Source of the DNA: Gammaproteobacteria bacterium
GTDB taxonomy: Bacteria; Pseudomonadota; Gammaproteobacteria; CAJXQU01
Direction of reading: 5' to 3'
Assembly (NCBI GenBank): GCA_965238175.1
Contig: CBDEGZ010000003.1
Coordinates: 864,001-928,000 of the forward strand
DNA length: 64,000 bases
The notes beneath the pieces are model-generated. The model was not told the origin of the DNA and did no database searches. It worked only from the letters and a program-made list of their open reading frames with translations. Positions 46,493 through 56,500 of this stretch are shown piece after piece; within the stretch, counting starts at the first letter, position 1, and each line of letters opens with the position of its first letter. A program made the translations under genes and the position numbers.

Positions 46493-49400
46493 ATGCACCG
46501 CACATCTGCCCCAAGAACGCCACTCCCGACTTTCTTTCTCCTCAGTATTTTAATGAGTGCCAGCCAATCGGCATTTGCCGTCTGCGGCCCCTTAACCCAA
46601 GAAGCCGAAACAGGGACATTAAATGGTGATTTTGGTGTAGTCGCCGACAGCACCGCCAGCGGTGGCCAATACGTGGAAGTCCCGGCCAACAGCACCTCCA
46701 CCCAAAGCGGACTCTCCAATCACTATACCGAATATTGCTTTAATGTCACCCAAGCCGGCACCTACCGAATTGAAGGCACCGCCCGCGCATCAAACAGCTC
46801 ATACAACTCCTTCCGCGTGACCGTGAACGACAACCCAAGCAGTGGTCATGCCTGGGCCTTCAGCCACGGTAATGGCTTTGTGACCGAAGAAATAGCCGGT
46901 GGCAATGGCAGTGGCAGCCCCGAAGACTTCAGCCTAAACGCCGGTGACAACACCGTGCGCTTCTACCTGCGCGAAGACGGTGCCCAATTAGACAAAGTCC
47001 GCCTTGTCCTACAAGGTGGTAGTTCAAACAACACCGCCCCCAATGTCACCATCAGCAGCCCCAACAACGGCACCAACGTCACCCAAGGCAGCAATATAAC
47101 CTTAACCGCCACCGCCAATGACACCGAAGACGGCAGCCTAACCAACACTATCAGCTGGAGCTCAAACCACGATGGCAGCTTAGGCACCGGTGGCAGCGTG
47201 AGCCTAAGTAATTTAAGTGCAAACACCCATACGATAACCGCCAGCGTCACCGACAGTGGCGGATTGTCTGGAAACAGCACTATCAGTCTTACCGTCACCG
47301 TCACGACTACCGGTGGCAGTACCGTCACCGACATCATCGTCGACAACAGCGATAACAACACCCACACAACCGGCACCTGGTTAAACTCAAGCACAACACC
47401 AACACACGATGGAAGCAACTCTGTTTATAGCAATACCAATGGCAGCTTTCGGTGGACACCGAACATTATCACCGCCGGAGAATACACCGTCTATGCCTGG
47501 TGGACCTATTACGCAAGCCGACCTTCGGCCGCGTCCTACACCCTTCAACACAGTAGTGGCAGCAGTGTGGTGACCAAAGCCCAGAACGATCAATCACTGG
47601 GCGGACAATGGGTTGAATTAGGCACCTACACCTTCGCCGCCGGTAGTGCAGGCTATGTTGAACTCACCAGTAACACCAGCGGCAACTTCAGTGCTGATGC
47701 GATTAGATTAGTCCATAGCGGTGGTGGGAGTGAGCCGAGCGGTGGTGGCGGCAGCTGCGGCCCCTTAACCCAAGAAGCCGAAACAGGGACATTAAATGGT
47801 GATTTTGGTGTAGTCGCCGACAGCACCGCCAGCGGTGGCCAATACGTGGAAGTCCCGGCCAACAGCACCTCCACCCAAAGCGGACTCTCCAATCACTATA
47901 CCGAATATTGCTTTAATGTCACCCAAGCCGGCACCTACCGAATTGAAGGCACCGCCCGCGCATCAAACAGCTCATACAACTCCTTCCGCGTGACCGTGAA
48001 CGACAACCCAAGCAGTGGTCATGCCTGGGCCTTCAGCCACGGTAATGGCTTTGTGACCGAAGAAATAGCCGGTGGCAATGGCAGTGGCAGCCCCGAAGAC
48101 TTCAGCCTAAACGCCGGCGACAACACCGTGCGCTTCTACCTACGCGAAGACGGTGCTCAACTGGACAAAGTCCGCCTTGTCCTACAAGGTGGCGGTAACA
48201 CCGCCCCCAGTGTCACCATCAGCAACCCCAACAACGGCACCAACGTCACCCAAGGCAGCAATATAACCTTAACCGCCACCGCCAATGACACCGAAGACGG
48301 CAGCCTAACCAACACTATCAGCTGGAGCTCAAACCACGATGGCAGCTTAGGCACCGGTGGCAGCGTGAGCCTAAGTAATTTAAGTGCAAACACCCATACG
48401 ATAACCGCCAGCGTCACCGACAGTGGCGGATTGTCTGGAAACAGCACTATCAGTCTTACCGTCACCGTCACGACTACCGGTGGCAGTACCGTCACCGACA
48501 TCATCGTCGACAACAGCGATAACAACACCCACACAACCGGCACCTGGTTAAACTCAAGCACAACACCAACACACGATGGAAGCAACTCTGTTTATAGCAA
48601 TACCAATGGCAGCTTTCGGTGGACACCGAACATTATCACCGCCGGAGAATACACCGTCTATGCCTGGTGGACCTATTACGCAAGCCGACCTTCGGCCGCG
48701 TCCTACACCCTTCAACACAATGGTGGCAGCAGTGTGGTGACCAAAGCCCAGAACGATCAATCACTGGGCGGACAATGGGTTGAATTAGGCACCTACACCT
48801 TCGCCGCCGGTAGTGCAGGCTATGTTGAACTCACCAGTAACACCAGCGGTAACTTCAGTGCCGATGCAATTAAATTAGTCCATGGTGGTGGGAGTAGGCC
48901 GAGCAGTAGTAATGCTGATCCAGTAATCAGCACAATTGGTACCCAAACGGCGACGGTGGGCAGTAGCAAGACCATCAATGTGAGTGCCAGCGACAGTGAT
49001 AGTGGTGACACCTTGAGCTTTATTCTGGAGAGTGCGCCGAGTTTTGTGAGCTTGACCGACAATGGCAATCGCACCGCCACTCTCGCTGTGAGTAGCAACA
49101 GTACATCAGGTCATCACAACATTGTTGTGAGTGTACGTGATGCTAACGGTAGCAGTGACAGCGAGAGCGTTGTGTTGACAGTGAGTGGTCAAATTGCCGC
49201 AAACCTCGTTGACTGGCAAGTAGTTGGAACGAATGATTTTGATGGCGATGGCAAGTTCGACACCTTGTTACACAACTTCAGTACGGGTGAAGTTTGGATG
49301 TATCTCATGGACGCGGCTCAAGTGAGCACGAGTGCCCATGTTACCAATGTTGGCGCGAATTGGCGCGTTGCAGGAACGGGTGATTTTAATGGCGACGGCA

Positions 49401-50491
49401 AAGCGGATGTTCTGTGGCGAGAAACAATCACACATAAGACCCGAGTCTACCTGATGAATGGAACAACGGTGAGTGCAGATCAAGCGGTCAGTAATGCTAC
49501 GGAACTTCCAGAGTGGCAGATAAGAGGCGTCGATGATTTTGACGGTGATGGTAAAGCAGATATTTTGTGGCGCAATATCAATACAGAACGAAGCTGGATG
49601 TACTTAATGAATGGTTCCACCATCGTTAGTCAGGGGATTGTCGCTGATCACGGACCTAATTGGAGAATTAAAGGGACAGGTGATTTTAATGGCGATGGCA
49701 AGGCCGATATCTTATTTAGAAATACGGTATCAGACAAGAATATTATCTTCCTGATGAACGGCAACAGCATCTTGCAGCAAAGCGCAGAGCTCACGTTTGC
49801 CGCCTTGGTTTGGGAAGTTCGCGGTGTTGCTGACTTCAATGGCGATGGTAAAGCAGACATCCTGTGGCGACACAAGACGACCGGTGAAAATCGGATCTAT
49901 ATGATGAATTCCTTCACGGTAACGTCCAACCAGAGCGTGAATACAGAAGCGGATCTCGCCTGGAAGATTGTGGGTGTCGGTGATTTTAATGGCGATGGTA
50001 AATCGGATATCTATTGGCGTTATGACACGGATGGTCAGCACCGTTTGTACTTAATGAATGGCGCTAGCATCAATGCGAGTGTGCTTATCGATCAAACCCT
50101 TCCTCAGCAGACACTTACGGTTAGTGTTTCCACGCTCTCCTTTACATTAGACGAAGGGACTACTGGAACGCAGAGCATCTTTTTTACTAGCACGAGCAAT
50201 GACGGTGTGAGTAGTCTACCTGACTTAATATCGCTAGAGGGATGGTTATCGTCAACGAATGGAAGATTTTCAAATGGCGCCAAGATCACGGTTGATACGA
50301 CGGGATTAGCACTAGGCACCTACACCAGTGATGTCATCGCAATATTAGCGAATCATACAACGGCCACGATACGCGTAACGTTAGAGGTCACGCAAGCATC
50401 AGGCCTAGGCCCAGGACCCGTCCTCGTCTTTGTCGAAAACGACTGCCCTACTGAGCCGGATGTTGCGTTCCCAACGCCCCTGACACCCTAA
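46493..50491 (+). CDS. Large secreted multi-domain protein: 2x(CBM-like, Ig-like, golvesin/CBD-like), Ig-like, six FG-GAP repeats, C-terminal BACON/Ig-like domain
   Basis: Signal peptide ending AFA; QEAE..G CBM-type start, NTAP.VTI Ig starts, IIVDN domain, six DF(N/D)GDGK.D repeats; start ATG 46493 (or TTG 46487). Confidence 0.8.
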   Translation: MHRTSAPRTPLPTFFLLSILMSASQSAFAVCGPLTQEAETGTLNGDFGVVADSTASGGQYVEVPANSTSTQSGLSNHYTEYCFNVTQAGTYRIEGTARASNSSYNSFRVTVNDNPSSGHAWAFSHGNGFVTEEIAGGNGSGSPEDFSLNAGDNTVRFYLREDGAQLDKVRLVLQGGSSNNTAPNVTISSPNNGTNVTQGSNITLTATANDTEDGSLTNTISWSSNHDGSLGTGGSVSLSNLSANTHTITASVTDSGGLSGNSTISLTVTVTTTGGSTVTDIIVDNSDNNTHTTGTWLNSSTTPTHDGSNSVYSNTNGSFRWTPNIITAGEYTVYAWWTYYASRPSAASYTLQHSSGSSVVTKAQNDQSLGGQWVELGTYTFAAGSAGYVELTSNTSGNFSADAIRLVHSGGGSEPSGGGGSCGPLTQEAETGTLNGDFGVVADSTASGGQYVEVPANSTSTQSGLSNHYTEYCFNVTQAGTYRIEGTARASNSSYNSFRVTVNDNPSSGHAWAFSHGNGFVTEEIAGGNGSGSPEDFSLNAGDNTVRFYLREDGAQLDKVRLVLQGGGNTAPSVTISNPNNGTNVTQGSNITLTATANDTEDGSLTNTISWSSNHDGSLGTGGSVSLSNLSANTHTITASVTDSGGLSGNSTISLTVTVTTTGGSTVTDIIVDNSDNNTHTTGTWLNSSTTPTHDGSNSVYSNTNGSFRWTPNIITAGEYTVYAWWTYYASRPSAASYTLQHNGGSSVVTKAQNDQSLGGQWVELGTYTFAAGSAGYVELTSNTSGNFSADAIKLVHGGGSRPSSSNADPVISTIGTQTATVGSSKTINVSASDSDSGDTLSFILESAPSFVSLTDNGNRTATLAVSSNSTSGHHNIVVSVRDANGSSDSESVVLTVSGQIAANLVDWQVVGTNDFDGDGKFDTLLHNFSTGEVWMYLMDAAQVSTSAHVTNVGANWRVAGTGDFNGDGKADVLWRETITHKTRVYLMNGTTVSADQAVSNATELPEWQIRGVDDFDGDGKADILWRNINTERSWMYLMNGSTIVSQGIVADHGPNWRIKGTGDFNGDGKADILFRNTVSDKNIIFLMNGNSILQQSAELTFAALVWEVRGVADFNGDGKADILWRHKTTGENRIYMMNSFTVTSNQSVNTEADLAWKIVGVGDFNGDGKSDIYWRYDTDGQHRLYLMNGASINASVLIDQTLPQQTLTVSVSTLSFTLDEGTTGTQSIFFTSTSNDGVSSLPDLISLEGWLSSTNGRFSNGAKITVDTTGLALGTYTSDVIAILANHTTATIRVTLEVTQASGLGPGPVLVFVENDCPTEPDVAFPTPLTP
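46582..48904 (+). repeat. Near-identical intragenic tandem duplication (46582-47740 / 47755-48904)
   Basis: Both units begin CTGCGGCCCCTTAACCCAAG; offsets 1173/1167/1164 nt; differences are few and mostly in linkers. Confidence 0.95.
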
Positions 50492-50597
50492 AGGATACAC
50501 ACACAACAACCGATAAAGACAGCCGCCTCAACACATTGTGCTGAGGAAGCCTAAAGAGACACGGCACAGACGTGCCACACACGACAGGAAAATGCAG

Positions 50598-53500
50598 ATG
50601 ACACGCCAAACACAGACAGGCCTTGGAACTCACCCACGCAGAGTTAACGCTTTTGTTGCCAGCTTAATTTTCGCCTTAATGTCATTAACCACATCGGTGA
50701 TGCAAGCGGCAGTGCCGGGCCTCACCCCGGGAGAGCTGAGTGTTGGTCAGTCGGGTGCGGCAGAATACAATGTGCCGATTGCAGTGCCACCGGGCACGGC
50801 TGGCATGGCACCGATCTTATCGTTGAACTACAGCAGCAACAGCGGCAATGGGCCGCTAGGGGTCGGGTGGTCATTAAGTGGTCTATCGGCGATTACCCGC
50901 TGTCCACAGACCCTGGCACAAGATGGACAAATACGCGCAGTGAAGTTTGACACTCAGGATAAGTTTTGTCTGGATGGCCAGCGTCTAGTCGTCTCAAACG
51001 GCGGTGCCTATGGTGCCAATGGTACACAATATCGCACTGAGATGGATAACTTTAGTTTGATTACTTCGCACGGCAGTGGCTCAGGCTCACCTGTCAGTGG
51101 ACCAAACTACTTCACCGTCAAAACCAAAGCCGGTCAAACGATGTTTTACGGCACGACAACGGACTCAAACATTGACAGCCTCAACGGCGGACACGTGCGC
51201 ACCTGGGCCTTAAACCAGCTCCACGACACGGTCGGTAACTACATCAATTTCACTTATGAAGAAGATACCGACAAGCAAGATTACCGGATAGCGCGGATAG
51301 ATTACACCGGCAACGTTAATGGCAGGGGCCCCTACAGCTCGGTACGGTTTGCGTACATGCCACGGCCAAGACTGGCCAAAGGTTACATTGCAGGCCACCC
51401 CTTTGCACAACGTAAGCTGATGACAAACATCAAGACCTATGCAGGTGAGACGCAGGTGAAAGACTATCGGCTGCATTATGAGATGACCGGTGTGGTGGGG
51501 CAACCGCGCATCGAAGAAATCAAAGAGTGTGATGGTGGTGGTCAGTGTTTTAATCCGTTGACGTTTGACTGGTCGCCGGAGTTGATGGGGTATAGTGATT
51601 CGCGGAGTATTTTCCTAGTGCCGCTTAAAGAAAGCGACGGTGTACAGTGGGTCGATCATAATGGCGATGGCAACACCGATTTTTGTTATATCAACAAATA
51701 CGGTACGCCTATCTGTCATGTCTCTAATGGCACAATGCTTAATCAAACCCCCATCAGCGCCGGTTTTACCGTTAATAAAGGCTATGATGAAGGCCGTGAA
51801 TGGATCGACGTTAATGGCGATGGCAAGGCGGATTTTTGTCGCGTCGTTGGAAACTCAAGTAATCCACAGATAGCCTGTAACACATCAACTGGTAATGGGT
51901 TAAATAGCGCGTTCTCAGGTAGCCTCTCACCGGAAGGCTGGGGGCAGGGGCAGGGTCGCCGATGGGTGGATTTTAATGGTGATGGACGAGCGGATTATTG
52001 TCGAGTGACAGGATCTAACCGTGCCGCCTGTACGCTCTCAACCGGTACTGGCTTTGGTCAGACTATTATCGGCACAGGTTTAGTTTATGGAACCGGTGCG
52101 AATGGAAAAAATATCCGTGACTGGGAAGACGTCAATGGCGATGGTCTGGTGGATTTTTGTCGGACGCTGACGGATAACAGTAAGGTTTGTAACCTTTCTA
52201 CCGGTACCGGGTTTGATCCCACTCCCTATCAAACGGCAGCCCATGCAGTAAGTGGTTACTCTGGCTCCACCGCCTGGGTGGATATCAATGGCGATGGCAA
52301 TAAAGATCTCTGTGGCCTCTTCAAAGAAGGAGAAATCCAAAGCAAGACCCCCCTCGTTCCAGGCCTTTTGGAGAATCAACAATATAAATTCACCATTAGT
52401 GAAGCTCGATTTTATGCTAAGTGTAATTTGTATACCGGTACGGGTTTCGCCAACACCATTGAAAAAGAAATGTTATATGTTCCTGAGAAATCGTGTTTCA
52501 GCTATGAAGGTATTTCATGTGACATATTGCAAAGGGAACCCGAAACAAACGTTAAACTTAAGTGGAAAGACGTCAACAACGATGGGCTTGTTGATGCGTG
52601 TAGATTTGGTGCATGCGCACTCTCTAATGGCAGTGGCTTTGGGCCACTGGTGACTGGGGTAAACACACATTTTGAGAATAGCAAGACAACCGATGAGATT
52701 TTTGCCGATGTCAACGGCGATGCCATCGCCGACGCTTGTTACATTCGTTTTCGTAGTCAAAAAGACGATAATATCACTTGCAGAATCGGCAACACCCGCC
52801 CCCAGATGCGCATTATCAAAGTCACCAACAGCCTTGGTAGCCCCACCGAGATTGAATACAAACCGATGACCGACAGCAGCGTCTACAGTAAATCTGCGGA
52901 TGTGGTTCCGAAAACAACAGGCTACCCTTACCTTGACGTCCAAGCCCCGATGTACGTAGTCTCCAAGGTTAAAAATGACAATGGCCTCGGCCTCGGCATC
53001 ACCAACGACGTCGACTACACCTATGCAGGCGCCAAAGTCCACCTAAAAGGCCGTGGTTTTGCTGGTTTTCGTTGGATGTTTGCCTACAACAGAGCCCAAG
53101 GCACCTATGCGGCGACCGAGTTCCATCAAGACTTCCCACTCGCCGGCATGGTCGCCTACACACGTAGCAACCTGATTGCAGACAATAGCCTGATTAGTCA
53201 AACCAACAACACCTATAACGTTGTGGCAAGAACCGACGGCAGCTATTTTCCCTATCTTCAAACCAGTAACCAAGTCACATACGAACTCGGCGGAGCCATG
53301 GTCAAACAAACCGTTACAGACTACGTCTACGATGATTATGGTAACCCGATCTCGATTAAAGTGGCCACCGCAGGCCTCGACCAAAATACCTTCCGCACAG
53401 AAACCACCAACACCTACGACGCGTCCAGTACCGCCATCAGCAAATGGTACCTAGGCCGCTTAACCACCACCGCCGTCACGCAAACCGCCAACGGCAAGAC

Positions 53501-56500
53501 CGCAACCCGTAAATCAGCGTTTGAATACGACATCAATGGTCACGGCATGCTGATGAAAGAAATCATCGAGCCGAATAACCCCGCACTTCGATTAGAAACC
53601 GCCTATCAATACGACGCCTACGGTAACAAAACCCGCGTCACCGCCTTGGGCGGCAGCGGATCTACCGCCATCACCGCCCGCAGCACACGAACAGAATATA
53701 GCGGCGGCGGTCACAACACCGGGCAATTCCCGATCAAAATCACCAATGCGATGGGCGAATCTGAAACCCATACCTACGATGCGCGCTTTGGCGTCATGAC
53801 CAAACTCACCGGCCCCAATGGTCTGGAGACCACCTGGCAATACGATAGCTTTGGACGCAAGATAAAAGAGACACGGGCAGATAGCACGACAACCACCTTT
53901 ACTCGTAACTGGTGTGCTAAATACTGTAAGACCTCCCTGACCACCCAAAGCACTGGCAGTGCGCCTGCTCTGGAAGCCTTTGACCGACTCGGCCGAATTC
54001 AATATGTCAATACCTATGGTCTTGGAAATGATCTGTCTGGCAGCAATGTCTACACAGATCTAAATATCATTAACCCCCGCATTATCAGTGTAGCAACCCA
54101 ATACAATATTCGCGGTGAAATCAAACGAACCTCACAACCCTTCTATCTTCAGAGCCCCATTCACTGGACCAACTTCACCTACGACGCCCTCGGCCGGCCG
54201 CTAACCGAAACCGACGCCAACGGCACCACCGGTTATGAATATAAGGGACTAACATCAACCCTCACCAACCGCCTCAACCAAAAAACCACCCGGCGAGTTA
54301 ATGCGCGTGACGAATTGATCCAAACCACCGACAACCTAGGCTTCAACACCTATTACCAATATGATGCACAGGGCAACCAAACCCAAGTCACTGACCACCT
54401 CGGCAACATCACCACCATTGACTACGACGCCCGTGGTCGCAAAATCGCCATGAACGACCCCGACATGGGCGACTGGGAATACAGCTACAACGCCCTCGGA
54501 GAGCTGATAAGCCAAACCGACGCCAAAGGCCAAATCACCCGCATGGAATACGATATTCTAGGGCGCATGATCACACGCACAGACGCGGAATGTAACAGCT
54601 TCTGGGTCTATGGCTCACACAGCAACACCGGCGCAAGTGATAAGGCCATCGGCAAACTCATCTACAGCCAAAAAGGCCAGCAAGAAAAAATCTTCACTCG
54701 CTACGACAGCCTAGGCCGTCCGAATGAAATTGAAACAAGACTACAGTTTGAAGCCACCAACAAAACCTACCTCACCCAAACAAATTACGACACGCTCGGA
54801 CGAGTACAAGACATCACCTATCCGGCCAGCAACGACTACCCAACAGGCCTCGTAGTCAGAAACCACTACGACGCCAACGGCCATATGCACAAAGTCACCG
54901 GCCCCAACAACATCACCTACTGGCAAGCCACCAAACAAAATGCGCGAGGCCAGATAACCGAGTTCCGTATGGGCAATGGCGCCACCGAAACCCAACGGTC
55001 TTATAATGCAATAAACGGCCTGGTAAGCAACATCAACACCCGTAACGATAATGGAACTGACAACATTCAGAAACTTGGCTTTACCTTTGACGTCGCCGGC
55101 AACCTCAAAACCCGCCGAGGCTACGACCAAGGCAATAACACCAACCTCGAAGAAAACTTCCATTATGACGGCATCAATCGCCTCATCGTGTCACAGCTTG
55201 GCGATGGGTCACATCGAAAGCAATACGACTACGACGCGCTCGGCAACCTCACCTTCAAAACCGGGGTTGGCACCTACGACTACACCAACGGCCGTCCACA
55301 TGCGGTGAGCAACACCTCGATTGGGAGTAAACAATACCAATACGACGACAATGGCAACATGATGAGCGGTGATGGTCGAACCATCACCTGGTCACCGTAC
55401 AACAAACCGATCAAAATTGAGAAAGACGGTGTACAAACCGCCACCCAATTTGACTACGGCGCGAACCGCAACCGCATTCGGCAGGTAAATGATCAAAAAA
55501 TCATTTATTACGTCAACGGCCTGTTTGAGCAGGAATACGATGGCACCACCACCACCGACGTGCACTACATCAAAGCCGGTGGCAGCACCATTGCGATTGT
55601 TAAATCCAAAGGCACCAACGACCCACTAGAAACCCGCTACCTGCACAAAGACCACTTAGGCGGCATTGAGTCGATTACAAATGAACAAGGTAACCTAGTC
55701 CAACAGTTTAGCTATGACCCGCATGGCAAACGCCGGGCGGTTAACTGGACCGATGATGACAATGTCAGCAACCCGGCTATTTATCAATTTGACACCCAAC
55801 GTGGCTTTACCGGGCATGAACACCTGGACGAGGTGGGGCTAATTCACATGAACGGCCGAGTCTATGACCCGACGCTTGGACGGTTTATCAGTGCAGATCC
55901 GTTTGTGCAGTTCCCGGACAATGGCCAGTCATTGAACCGCTATTCGTATGTGTTGAACAATCCACTCAGTTATTCTGACCCCAGTGGGTTCTTTTTTAAG
56001 AAGTTGTTTAGGAATAAGATTTTTAGGATTGTGGCGAGTATTGCAGTTAACTTTTTACCCGGGTTTCAAGCACTTGGGCCTTTATTGAATGCTGCACTGA
56101 AAGGGTTTGCGGCAAGTTTTATAGGCAGCGGCGGTGATTTAAGATCAGGGTTTATTGGTGCAGTGACGATGGGCGCATTCCAGAAACTGGGAGGTGCCGG
56201 TGCAATTGCAGGGAAAATTGGAGGTTTTACAGGTGATGTTGTCGAGGTCGTGGCTCATGGTGTTGTTGGAGGTGTCTCTGCCATCGCCCGTGGTGGTAGG
56301 TTTATCCAGGGGTTCTTGCCTGCCGGGTTGAGTAGTGCAACGAGCTTGTCTGGTTTCTTAAGGAACTTAGATGATGTGACGCAAGGTTTTGCGCAGGCTG
56401 TTATTGGTGGAACCGCTTCTGTGTTGGGTGGCGGTAAGTTTGCTAATGGCGCGGTGACGAGTGCGTTTGTTTATGCGGCGGGGAGGGTTGGGCAGGCGAG

